A stretch of 64,000 nt of DNA from Takakia lepidozioides (Eukaryota; Plantae; Bryophyta): NCBI GenBank assembly GCA_030704615.1, contig CM060734.1, positions 47,368,001-47,432,000 of the forward strand. The letters run 5' to 3'. The notes beneath the pieces are model-generated. The model was not told where the DNA came from. It did not search any database and saw only the letters and a list, made by a program, of their open reading frames with translations. The translations under genes and the position numbers were made by a program. Below, piece by piece: positions 25,100 through 38,248 of the stretch (position 1 is its first letter; each line of letters starts with the position of its first letter).

Positions 25100-26980
25100 C
25101 CTCCATGTGACCTCCGCAAATGTCAATCCCTCATTTGAGTCAAAATCCATTGCTCAGTCATCCACACTGTAAGATTTTGGGAATGACCACCACTCCACAT
25201 TTCATTCATCAAAGCCCAGTAACCTACATAGGCTAATGGTACTCTGGTGAATGGTAACTCTTCAGGAGGAGTAGCCTCGGTGGGACACCTTTGCAGGAAA
25301 GACTGAGAAGCTGCATGGAATATGTGAGATCCTGAACAGGGTCTCCTTTGATCATCTGCCACGTTTTAGGGTGGGCTTTGAGTTCATCTACAGTGGTTTG
25401 GAGCAACGGGTTGACGAGCAGTGTAGGGCACGTTTGCGTTAACGAGCGCGGCTGTAACGCATAAGTGTGAATGCTTGGAGGTGTGATAACATCAGCGTAA
25501 GTTTTGTGTTCTTGCACAGTCGATCACTTGTTGGGTTTTTGTTGAAAGTGAATGGGGATACTTGTATGTGTGTTTCAAGAGTGTTTTTCTCCAGCATGGA
25601 AGGTTTATCTGTCGCAATGAGATTCCGGTGCGGTCTTGGTAGCTCAAAATCCAGTGTCCCTTTTACTGTTCCATCAAGACGTGTTGTGTTACTACGAGTG
25701 ACAAATCTCTTCTATTCCTCGCAATTTTTCGTTCTGCTTATAGTTGATTGTACTGAAGGGCATTTTCAATTACAGCTGTTCTTGTTCTGAAGGGGGATTG
25801 GGCCCTTTTCCCACTACACTCTGTCTGAGATCCTTACTTGGATCCCTGATTATGTGTTACAGATCCACCAGTGAACACACGATAGTTCTCAGGGAGGACC
25901 GTGCCATAGGTCCGCCGTTTCGAGATTAGAATTAAATGCACAATATAGCCTTGACGGATAACGAGGATGAAAAATATTACCTAAAGTATTTGCTGTAGGC
26001 GGAATTGCACTCTGCCCCGTGTTTTAGAGCTAGTGGCGGTATCTACTTCTTCATAGCAATCCAGGCGCAATCTGAATGGGAGACCATTCACTGTAAACTT
26101 TCACTGACACAGACATCACTCAATGTTGCTTTTTTGGTTGAATTGCACTGGGAAGCATAATGCCATCCAGTAAGCCTAGACGCAAGCTCTTCAAAGGTAT
26201 GTTCTTACATGGTTTGGTTATCTGTTCATCGCGCAAGCTAATTGGCGGTAGTCATAGTGGATGGCAGATAATTAGGTCTACCGCCATAAGTTGTTGAACC
26301 ACAGGATTTGTGGTAGTGTTTGTTAAGCAGAAATCCTCTGGAAAGCAATGTGTCTGTCCAACTGTTCTTTGTTTACAAAGAGAGAGTCAACATGAGCATA
26401 CACTCAAGTCCTGAATGTAATCATCTCCACAACAAAGTCTCTTACATTTCCAGCTCCTGTTGTGTAATGGAGGATCTCTGGTAGGGAGCAACACTCTTCT
26501 TGCATCATGTAGCACTTCAGGTTATTGGTATTTGGTTTGCTCATGCAGTACTAGAGACTATTAAGTCAACCACCCACCTTTCTCACTGTATCCATCTGAA
26601 CTTCAAAACTGCATGGTGTAGTGCCGTAGTGCATTTTGGCTCCACCTCTTCAACTTCCACAAACTCTTAAAGAGTGTACTCACAAGACTTTGTTTGCCGT
26701 AGCCTTGTGGCCATTGACCCACAAACTCTTAAAGAGTGAGTAACCCAGTCACATAGCCAGAGATACTGGACACTGCATTAGTGGGTCTTTCCTCATACTA
26801 TGGTTAATAGAAGGACCCTACAGGAAACCATGACAAGGCTTTGATTTGAAGTATTTTGTCTGGTTTATGTTCAATTGAGGCTCTTGTTAACGGCAGGGGA
26901 GGAGATAATGGCACCAAGTAATGGTGGACATAACCTAAAATTGTCTCTATGTTCTAACACAGGATTACAAGTACGGAATA

Positions 26981-29674
26981 ATGGCATCGTACTTTCAATG
27001 GATAACAGACTCGGCAGGTGGTTTCTTTGGAGGCGGTACAAATCCCAACCTACAGTCTTCTGGCATGCTTTCAAAAGAGCAGCTGCTGCAGCTTTTTCAA
27101 GACTTCTCGGCAGTTCTTGACAAGCCCGGTATATCCTTTTAAATTTGCGCAAGTGAGGTAGTTATTTGTGAGCTGTTGGAAGCTAAGGTGATGGGGTTAA
27201 ATGTATTTGCCTTTACTAACTTTGTGGCAATGACTGCACAGAGACAAAGAAGCGCATTTCAGATGCTGTGAAGGCTAGGAAAGTAAGTTCTGCTGTGACT
27301 TTTCTGCTTGGTCTTTTTTCGCGCGATGTAAGCAGGTTATTGCACCTTGCTCTCCCTATGATATCCACTCCTCTCTCTCTTTCTTCTACTTTCATTTCTG
27401 TTGAACAACATTGGATAGCGAAGTGGCTGTCCTGGCTGATGAGGCGAGGGAAAGCAGGAAGCAGTGGCGTTGACTACAGAGATCCAGGAGGAGCTGTTTC
27501 TCAAGATGGCTGTAGGTGACCCTCTTTTACAAACTTGCCACAGGCACAAGAGTTTGGTTGCAGCATAGTGTGATAACAGGATGATTCGAGTGAAGGTCAG
27601 GTTCTGGCAGTGGTATGTGTGAGGATTAGTTAGTAGTAGTGAAGGCTCTTCAAAATGTATACAGTACTATGTGAGAATCAAAACTCATTAACTACATACA
27701 CATGTTTTCCATAGGGAGAGTGAAATCCCTGAAATTCCTGCTCTTCCTTCTACAAATCTTCTGCGAGTGAGGCAATACTATGCATATGGGTGGACAGAGA
27801 TTGCAGCATAGAAGGTGCAGAGGCAGGTTCATCTTCCTCTTGGTTGATTTGGTCTTAATATAGGTGTTCCATATTGATGTTCAACAGCATCAACAGAAAA
27901 ACCAGGTGGGTGTTGAGAAGAAGAGAGCAAGTTTATGTTGAAGGTGAAGTCATATCAAACTTCCCAGAAGAGTTGGCAAGTAATTCCAGTACTCTCAATG
28001 TGCATATAGGCCCTGTGAGATGATAGCTGACCTGATTGCTACTTTGTGGATGCAGAACCCAAGTTTGGGATTGAGTTCTTGGGAAAGGTGAACTCTGTCT
28101 ATGCTGACGACCGAAATCTTATGATCAAATTTTATGAGTTTGTTTCAAGGTGAGCTCTATGTGCAGTTTGCGTAGTGCAATTGGTACCATAGGTATTTGT
28201 CTCATTTGTCAAAAATCCAGGTTGAATTACCATCCTGTCATGTGCCTGCAGTGTTAGTGTGATGTCCTATCATGGTTGCATCTTTCTTAATTATGCTGGC
28301 TTTCAGCTCCTCTTTGTTTCAAACTTTTTTCATCTTATGGTGGCTGTGTTTGGCATCTTGCGTCCGTAGCCCTCCCCTCTCCCTCTCTGTCTCTGGCCCC
28401 CTCTCTTATGATGGATGTCAGCCGAGAGATTTTGTTGTTTGGATAGGAAGCGTTGAAAACAAAATGATGTTCTACTGGGCTGCAGCCAGTCCCAAGGCTG
28501 TCTTCCAGTTTCTGCTGTGGACATAAATGGGACCCACTTCACTTTGGGAGAAGACTGTAGCCAGTGCTGGAATATTGCTGTAAATCTCTTCTTCGTGTGT
28601 AGTGAAAAACTGAAGGGATCCTTTGCTGCAGAGAGGAGATGGCTTGTGAAGAGGCCGAGTTGGGACCAGAGGCTTTTCAACAGAAAATGGAGCAGGTCAA
28701 GAAGGATCAGGAGCAGGTTTGTTTAATTTTAATTGTATATTCCAGTACGATGGAAGAATGCTATATGTGCAACTGCTGACTTGGGACTAATGCATTTGAA
28801 GGATGCAGAGTACAAAGACAAGGTTGTCTAGCTAAAATCTGATTATGAGCATCCCGAACTCATGATGATTTCATGATCACTTTATCGTTGGTTTTATGAT
28901 ATGTTTGAAGTGGGACACTGGGTGGGTGCAGCAAATGGGAATGCTACAGCAGCTACGCAACCTTCCTGCGGACCAGCAACAGTCATTTCTCCAGGGGGTA
29001 ATCAACCTGCCTTGGGGCTGTTGCAAACATGCATTTGTGTTCATGGAACTGTAAAGGGGTACGTAGGGAGTGGTGGTACAGGGTCACCTCAGTATGTCAT
29101 ATTGTAGTACTGAGCTACTAAGGGATTCCACTCATTTTCTTGAATGCAACACTTTGGGTTGCAGCAATTGTGATGTCTATGAGCAAATGGTCATGTCTCC
29201 TCAACTCCAAACTAGTTTGTTGTTGTGGTGCTCTTGTTCTTCTCTGGGGCAAGGACTCGTGGAAGTTCTTTCTGGAAAAATCTCCAATTCTGTTTACCAG
29301 TTTTCCCACATGAGGCCGTTTTCGGGGCTTCTCTGGAAGAAGCAAAATCTAATAGCTTTTCACAGCAGCAAGCTAATGATAGCCTGTTCTGTTGGACACC
29401 TGATGAGGCTGGTATTACCTATAATTTCTCTTCCCTCTCCTATTCTTAATGCTAGCCATGGTGGCCATTGCAGTTGCAATCTGAGATGCAGCAATCACAA
29501 ACGGCGCAGGGTGGTGCTGCCATGACTCCCCAAGAAATTCACGAGTTTTTCTTACACCAACAACAGGTGCTTGAACAGAAGTCCAGTCAATCAACTCGCA
29601 CTTTGCCACCTCATGATGAGGCCACCTCTGGGACCCGCCCTCAGGGCCCCTCTAGTTTACATCAACGACATTAG
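26981..29674 (+). CDS. Conserved uncharacterised plant protein, 7 coding exons, ~230 aa
   Basis: Exons 26981-27128, 27242-27282, 27458-27515, 28056-28149, 28632-28716, 28932-28997 and 29474-29674. All introns are GT-AG and phase-compatible (693 nt). Product MASYFQW...SGMLSKEQLLQLFQDF...TKKRISDAVKARKEAVALTTEIQEELFLKMAVEPKFG...FYEFVSREEMACEEAEL... resembles a conserved plant family from memory; function unknown. Confidence 0.82.
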
Positions 29675-32165
29675 GAATGGAATTGGTAAAGAGAGGTGGT
29701 TGAAAGTTGTGATTTGGTGCATTTGTTACTATGAGCGCTTTCTCTCCCTCTCCCTCTCCTCATTGATGGTATTAGTGAGGATTTTTGTTGAAGAAGTAAG
29801 CGTAAGTGATGGAGAGACTTAGTGTATGGGTAATCAAGTGTACTCACTTGTTGAGCTTTTGCAACTGACAACCTCAGTGAGAGAGGTCTTGAGGTAAGCT
29901 TAGGGTCTGTTTGAAAAGCATAAACTTTGATGAGGTGGTTCCTTCACCAGGTTTGGTCAATTCCCTGAGTGTCAACCTGTCCTATTGCATTGATCTTCCT
30001 TCGTACACTAGGCAAGTCCGCACCTTTATCAGGGAGTTCTTGGAGTGTCCTTCAAGATTGTTGATGATGATTTAGTTTATGAGCCTAGGCATTAAAAGCT
30101 GGTTTCAAAAGGTGAGTGTGCAAGAGCACTTTTAATTTTCTTGGGTTTAGTCTTTAGGCAAGAGACTGTGTATCAGCAATTGTCATCTGTGTGCACCCCG
30201 AAGCCTATCTTATACTACAAACCATTTCATCATTACTGTAGGTGAAGCCCCTGGGTTGTCCCACTCTTCAATAAGGCTTAAAGCTTCAGTTTTGGCAGAG
30301 GTATTGACAAACACTTTAGAGAGATTTATCAAACCGGCTCAAAAGAGCCACAACGCCCTTTGTGTTAATAAGAAGGAAATATGGGAGGATGCTGTGCTTC
30401 TATAGATGCAATCTACATGACCAAGTCCATAGTGAAAACCAAGGCTCTATGCTCATGTCTTGGTATCGGGTCACCCCACAAGTTCTGTGAGATCTCACAT
30501 GGGATTCTGTTGCAAGAGAGCTGTTCAAGCTGGTGCTGAGTTGCCAACAAGGTGCGCAGTCAGCAATCATCATCAGGCCACATCCTTGAGGAATGCCACG
30601 TCGTTGCTGCAGGCGCCGTGCTCGGATGGGTGCAACTGAAAACGTCAGGAGATCTAATAGTAACTTGGCGGATGTCAGGAGAGGTCATTTCTGTTTCGTG
30701 ATGTGAGAGGGGGGTTGCAATGCAAGGAGAAAATGACAAATAGTGCCGGTCTGAAGGAATACTCACCGAGAGTCCACATGATGATGTTACTTTAGTCTGA
30801 TAACAATTGAAACCAAGTCCAATTCGACCTAAAGATGACGACCTAATGACGACGAAGACGATGATTCTTCAAACCCAACTGGAAGATTCTAGGCTTGTAA
30901 TGAGATCCATGAGATGGGATCGTCACCTGTGCATCATCCCAATCCCAATGTACCTTATTCTAATTCAAAATCTTCATTTCAAAAGGGATACGAGCATAAC
31001 ATTATCATATCGCGCTTGCTTTGAATGTGACGGTACAAGCAATAATGGAGCGTAATGGCAGCTGTGGCTGCCATAGTGCCCCCACAGGACATGGTACCCT
31101 CAACACTCATAACTCACATCCACCTTGCCCTCCCTCTTTGTTCATCCTAGGGTTTGCATGCTTGGAAACGTTTTTCTACTTTTACAATCATTACCGTCTC
31201 TCCTTTCTCGAACGAGACATACAAATTTAGTAATACACAAGCCCCCAATTCTCTCAACTTAAGCCAGCGTGTTAATTAAGTACCTACGTAAGTACCTACC
31301 ACAATCTGCAACAGACACTCACAGACAGACAATTTGTATCATCCACTTACAACGTTGCACGCATCTTCGAAAAGCCAGTGAGCTTTGCCCACTGGTCCTT
31401 CAGCAGCCTCTGCCTCCCTCCCAACTGTCAGCAGCCAAGAGAATCATAACGAAGAGAAGACGACAAATGACACCGCCACCGAGCAATCAGACTCGCACAC
31501 ATTTGAAATGCAACACAGCGATACTGTACATGAGAGTGTGGCATTCAGCGCTACAGTCTCTCTCCTGCCGGCCACTGGGGCAGAATCTAGAAAGCGGGCA
31601 GCTCAACTCGGACCGTAGAGCGGACAGCCGTCGGTGGACTGGATGAAAATTGCGGTGTCCGCTCTACGTGTATTGGATGAAATGAATGTTGCGACCCAAG
31701 CCACGCCCAGTGGATGGATTACTTACGTCGATAGTCGGTTCGGTACAGAACAGTGATTTTGGGAAGAGAAAAAGGTACCGAGGACTTTTGGAGGGAGGGG
31801 GCAGGGAAGAAAGTTTTGTAGGTGAGCAGCCCGTCAGCCCGTCACGCCCTTCCGGACAGAGCCCGCCCTTCTCTCTCTCTGCGCCCTGTTGCTCGCACAT
31901 TCTTGGCCTCCGCAGTGGGAGGCATCGGTCTTGTGGATCGAGGTATTCGAAATCTGCAAGGAGAGTGGGGGTGGAGGATTGTCTGGTGGTGGTTAGCAAG
32001 AGAAGGATGGGTCCTCAATTTGGATGGATCCGCAATGGGTCATGATCTGGGAGTGAGCAGAGATAAGATTGTCCTCGTTTTGTAGCCGGTTGAGGTGGAG
32101 TTTGTTGGTGGTGGTGATCGAGAGAGGGAGGGGATTCTGTTTGGGAGGAGGAAGGTGAACGGGGC

Positions 32166-35100
32166 ATGGCGGAGGTGATGTTGCACGTGTACGATGTGAC
32201 CAACAGCATGAATGTGCGGGCCAACACGGCCATCATGAATCTTAACAAACTCATGCGCGATGGTATTGGACTCGGTGGTATCTTCCATGGCGCTGTTCAG
32301 GTTTGCAAAGAGCCTGCATTTACACCCGTTTGGGCTTGGGAATTTCTTACAAGTCTGGGAAACGGGAATGGATAGGAGGGTGGTCTTAGGCTAGAGGAGG
32401 ATCACTTCGCTTATCTCTTGTATGACAACTGGCCCTTCCCATACTCTATGTTTCAACTATAAGAACCTCTGTTGATATCTTAAGAAATGAGAATTCTTCG
32501 CTTTTAACAGTTTTGGTCTTCCCATCATCTTCCTTCGGTAAAGACTGTGCACTAGGACAGTCTCATAATCTTGATGAGACATCATACTTACGCGGGTAAC
32601 GAATAGGCCAATGGTTATCAATGTAACACAAACGTAACCTATTTTGCGGTAGGCGATCAAGCTACAAGCATTTTCTCCTTTCCGTGTTGGTTATTATCTC
32701 TCTCTTCCCAATTGTAGAGGTGCTCAGAGATCGAACATCCACGGTCTTGACCAAAGAATTTTGCATAGAAAGGGGAAAACACTTGCACCGAGGCTCTGTT
32801 TGATTCTATGGTAGTGTAGGTGGTCTTTTCATTTTCTAAGTTGCATAAGAAAGATCAAAGATCTTAAGACGAAATTATCTTTTGGTTGTCTTCAAAAAGT
32901 TGTGTGGAAGTGAGCCCTATTTCATTTATTTGTCTCCTGCCCACATGGATCGAACAATGGGGAGTATGCCCCTGCTAGTACTGGCCATGAATCTTTCTGT
33001 GGTCGTCATTTTGTCTGCAGTAGGTGAAAAGATAGGGAACTCCATTGACTTACTGTTTGGACGGAATGTTCACCTCCAACACTTCAGAAGATTGGCTCTT
33101 TGTCATCTCCAGGTCCTTAAAAATCGTTCATGGGATTTCTGGACAATGTGCATTGACAATGGGGTTAACGACTGACTGATGACTTTGACTGACCGATGCT
33201 TGACGGTCAGCCATGTATGGGAGTTGCTTTTAGGGTTACTTTTAGGCAAGGGAAAGGAAACTATCTCTTAGTTCAGCACACACCCTTGTGCAGGTGATCT
33301 AGTCTGTGCCCTATCCAGGCCTGGACATCAGTAAAACCGGCTCAATTTAATGAACAATGCGCTGGAAGCTAGATGGAGTGTTGAGCATCCTTGGGCTGAT
33401 GCTGTAGCCTGGGGCCGCTGCAAGGCCTGCTGTCTGTGTCAGGGTTCCTGCTCCTTTGTATACCACTGATTGGGCGGTGCACAAGGCAGGCCCAGGTTTC
33501 TTAAATACCTCTGTTTCATAGGTGGCAGACATCTCTTGGCTGTTTGCTGAACTGGAGGGTGGTATGCTGCCAGGTGTTTGATGAGGAGTGGTCTTTTGGG
33601 TTCTGTGAGAATGGGAGTGGAGTATTCAGCTGTCTGCCTAAGGAAAATCCTATGTACACATACCGTGAAAGTGTGCCTCTTGGACGCACTGAGCTGTCCG
33701 TAATGCGCATCAACCAGATTCTAGCAGAGCTCAGTCGTGAGTGGCCTGGCTGTTCCTATGATCTCCTCTCCCGCAACTGCAACCACTTCTGTGAGGAGCT
33801 CTGTACCAGGCTTGGCGTGCAGAAGCTCCCATGTAAGTTCTTCTCTTGGCACCTGTTTTGGGGTTTTGTAATGAAGGTGATGCTCCTCGTATGGAGCATT
33901 ACAAGATTGCACATGCATACACTAGCAAAGACACATGTAGCCCAGTCTGCAACCCAATCTGCTAGAATTTGCTCATTTGTTTAATGGGAATGTAGTGTAG
34001 TGCTCCGTACCAGGCTGGTCTGTAGTGATCAGCTCATCGAGGACTTCCGGGTTGCAGTGCTTGACCTAATCTAGTAGATAGGTTCACAGACTGGTGTACT
34101 CACAATTATAACACTGAGCTGACCAAAGCTTTGTTGGGGCTTCTGGACAGTGTGGGTAAATAGGTTTGCGAATGCTGGTGACGCAGCGGTCGAAGTTGCT
34201 GGCAATACAATGGAACGGGTACGTGTTTGGAGCCATTCGCTTTTCCACCAGATTAATTGAGGTTATACTTCTGGAGTTCAAGTGTTTTGTGACAGCACAA
34301 TGCCTCTGTGTGAGGCCTTGGGTTGGGAATCACTTCACTACTCAAGGATAGTTTTGCTACCAGTGTTCTTTCCAGTTAGTTTTAAGATACAGAGAAACAG
34401 GAGCATGGACTCTTTGCTACTTTCGCAAAGTGAATTCACCAGAGTTTGCTTGCCATAGTATTCTAGTGGGCATTGACCTCACACCCAAGTTTTGACTAGA
34501 ATAAATGGGGAGGGAAGAGTAGATCATAATGGGACTCACTAAGGCTTGTCCAGTGGTAGAACCTGCCTATGTATGTGAAATTCCTTATAAAGCTATTATC
34601 CTATTTCCTCTTTACCATTATGACGGGATGATTCATCCCTAAATCCAGTTTCACAGCTTTTAGAATGGTCATGATCCTCAGACCAAGCAGAAGGATGTGC
34701 ATGGAATCTTTTGATGGTTGCAAAGAGGGTATCTGCTGTATTGGAAAACTTCAAATTTACCTGTAGTCTGATTGTCAGCTTGGTGCTCATTGGAGAAGTC
34801 CTTAAGGTACCTCTGCAGTACCCCTTGTTGGTCTTAAAAGTTTCCGGGGAGAACTAATTTGAGATTCAGCTGTTCTTTTTATAGTATCCCTCCAAAGGAT
34901 TGAGCAAGGCCAAAAACAGGAGGTAAGTTAATTGGATCAAGCCATTTCAGTCCTACATGTTGAAAATCCTGTGCTTGGACATGATCCGAGTGTGGTTCAT
35001 TTGATCACAGAAACCCCATGTTTGACACATTGTCCTAGAGTCGCTTATCCTCTTGCTAGGCTAGGGAGTCTTGTGGGTATTGTGCCACCCTCCCGCTAAC

Positions 35101-35937
35101 AATGAACCTTACCCTCTAACTGTGTGGGATTATAAAGTTTGGTATGGTTGTGTAGCAGTCAGTAATCTGAGATACCTGTAGTGTTCTGGTGAATACCAGT
35201 TCAATGCTATGTGCAGACCTTGGTTTCTGCAAATGTTCTTTCCTCCAGGCAATACCTCCATGAGCCTGCTTAGGTAGGTCTGCCTGTATTCCTGCAACAA
35301 AAGCTGTGCCTGCTGGTCACATTATACTGCAGTGATGGGGAGGTGCAAGTATACCTCTTTGGATCACCATTATCCTGTGGCTTAAAGCTTGGCAGACTCT
35401 TTCGATCCATTTGCCAGTGTTGCTGGGAATTTTCAGGCAAGGCCAGCTTCTGAATTGAAAACTGAAGTACAATCATATTTGTGAGAGTCCTATAGGCCTT
35501 TGAGCAGTCAAGACAACTCTTTATCCTTCGATGTCTGGCCTGATCCATCAATGCTTGTGCTGAAAGATGCTGTGGTTGATGTTCTAGAAGGTTTTTGACA
35601 ACTATCTGGCAATTGGCACTTGGGTTTGCAGTTGAGGCAAGCCAAAACTGAGGTGATGACAGCGAGCAGGGTTGCAATGCGGTTCTTGCTCGGGGCTGCC
35701 ACGTCCACGTCCTTGGTGAGCCCAGACCCAGGGTCACAGGAATCTTCCACTCCTCCTGGTAACTCATCGCGCCGCATTTTCTTTGCCAGAACCCCTTCAA
35801 AAGTGATCTCCAGAAGTCCATCAATGTCGACACCAGAGAATGGAGCTGAAGACAGGCCTGCCAAACAGGGGCGCGATCCCGGCAGGTGTGTTATTTTGTC
35901 AAGGCCGGAATCATCATTTACCACCTTCCCTTCCTGA
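32166..35937 (+). CDS. DeSI-like / PPPDE (peptidase C97) protein
   Basis: Exons 32166-32300, 33574-33832, 34151-34218 and 35632-35937. The last exon may instead splice at 35885 to a short exon from ~36162. Motifs VMLHVYDV, GIFHGAVQV, EWSFG, YDLLSRNCNHF (His/Cys dyad) and WVNRFAN. Confidence 0.9.
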
Positions 35938-38248
35938 CTCTCCCACCTTATGCAAAGCCCTTCAAGACACTCCAAACTCCACCTCAAACTAGAAGGCTTG
36001 GCTTGTATTTTGGAGAACTCACATGGGCAGCTGCAGAGGCCTTCAGAGCTGGAACACGTGCAGATTCATTGTAGGCAAGAGTTGTGGCCAACTGTACAAA
36101 GCATTCTTTTCACATGTATGTTGCCTGTCTCAATTTGACGTGTAGATTCAATTTACCTGCAGTTTTGTCCGATGCATCTGGGCGGGTTGCTGCAATGGAA
36201 GACTTTCACCTTCACCTTAGAGTCGGCGAATCTTAGTGCGCCTACCAATAGAGCTCTACCTCTCACCATCTTGGGTTTCTATTTATTCGTACGAGCTACC
36301 AGCATCATTTGTGGTTAAAGTGACTGGGGGGAGATGGGGCATTTGTGTTGTCTCAAAGATGACCTGTCCAATTATTTAAGTTGGATGGGACTATTTCTTG
36401 TGCTTGCACTGCCATGACAGCTTCAATCATTCGGTTGCAGCTGCTAGGTAGGGATTCATGTTGGCTGAATAGGAATAATGCTTAATTTTGTCCCTCTTCA
36501 GCATATTGTAGGTGGTAATCTTCCATTTCAGCTTCTAAGTGCTGCTTGTGTTCAGTAGTGAAGTGCCATCCAAAGACCATTGGTAGTACAGTCGGACATA
36601 GTGGTGATATTTGTGTTCAGATAGAATGTCCCTGTACATTTGCTGTATCTCTTTTTAGGGTAAATTTGTGGTGGCAATTCCTAGTATTCTTGTCTACATG
36701 ATTTAGACATTTTAAGGACAAGTTTTCCCTTCTCCAGTTCAATCTTCAATTGGTAACATTATGGAATAGGGTTGTGATTGCGATTCTATCACTTGTGCAA
36801 TGTCACAAATTTGAGACAAGAGGTGTGCAATCCATTTGGGGCATTACTGAAGGGCAACCATGTAGTATACCCCTAGTTTTGAATAAAGGTGGGGTTCATT
36901 GCAAGATGTGGATTCAGTTTCTGTAACTTATGACAAGATGGGCATTTATGTATAATTTATTTCTTAATGCTATGTGATGCAGTCATTCGCCTAGGATGTA
37001 CCTAATATGATCACCTGTTCTGGAAAGGAAATCAAGCTTTAATGTCCTCACTGATTTCACCGTCAGATTTGAAATAGATGATGTGGCCCAGTATCTCCTT
37101 TTTTTGAATGGATAGGAGGTGGAACTGATACTGAGCTCTCAGCTACTGTGGATATCTTCTGTTTCTAAACTGTGTAATTCCCCTCTTGTGGTTTAAGCAC
37201 AGTCTAGAGTCGAGAGCTGGAAGTTGTACAGTACATGTACTGAGTTTTGAGGCCAGTCCATCTGACTCAACTTTTCAAAGCCATGTTCATTCATTATTCC
37301 AGAGGTCACCCACTACACATACTTAGTAGATCTCTACCTTGACATGCTTGAGTACACCTCTTATCAAACAACTGCTTGAAGATCAAACATTGGAGGTAGA
37401 CTGGGGTAATACCGCATGAAATATAACTGCATCCAACTTTTCTCAAGTCTAAATTGGCTCTAAAGGAACTATTGTAGTATGGCAAGATACAAATCAATTG
37501 TTGTCATAGATAAGTTACATGTATTGTACCTGTGCATTTTTTGCTCCAAACACTTCGTATTTTGAGTCTACTATGTGCCTGCACTGGATCGCTATGTAGA
37601 ACCACCTCAAAAGGCTTCATAGTACCAGAAGTGTCCTGCTTGCCTATTGTACAATCATCCAACCACCAGCAAATATATTACAAACCAGTCAAACACTCTT
37701 TTGTTGTCCGACTGGCAAAGCAGGGACAGCTTGCAACCTCACAAAGGTGCAGGACTGCAATCACTATGGTTGGGTGGGGGAACTTGTATACCGAAAGTAT
37801 CATGGATTACTTGCACTAATGTATGAATAGCTCTCTCGACTTACAGCTATCAGTCTTGTGACCTTAGTGTTTCACCCATCAGGCTGACTATGCTTTTGTC
37901 AATAGTTTCTCAACCAGTCGAAGTGGGAGCTTAGGCTTGCCAGGTCCGGACAAACCACCACGAGTAATGGACCCACATCCATCTAACAGAACTGAGGAGC
38001 AGTTTGTGAGCTACAAGGAGCATGTTTGGTAATACATCGCGTCCTCCACCCTGCACCTGTTTAGATCATAAAGGGGAACCAGGGGACTGCATACATGCTG
38101 ATATCCACTCCAAAGGCATCAGCAATGGCAGTAAGAGTCATAATTTTGACTCCAACCTCCAGATCTGTCCCACAATAGTGTTGTCCGTTCGCACCAATTC
38201 TTTGTTCCACCCTTTTTCTTCTTCCTCTCAGACTGATTAAGCCCTCCC

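Noticed and set aside
26021-26033. GTTTTAGAGCTAG, matching the start of the Cas9 repeat/sgRNA scaffold
   Set aside because: Single 13-nt match with no continuation, array or cas genes; treated as chance.
26160-26197. Upstream ATG exon as the start of the uncharacterised gene
   Set aside because: Splicing to 26963 puts it out of frame with the conserved CDS; at most a 5'UTR exon or uORF.
35270-35987. Long antisense ORFs over the last DeSI exon (also + strand ORFs over DPH2)
   Set aside because: Shadow ORFs of real coding exons with no recognisable motifs.
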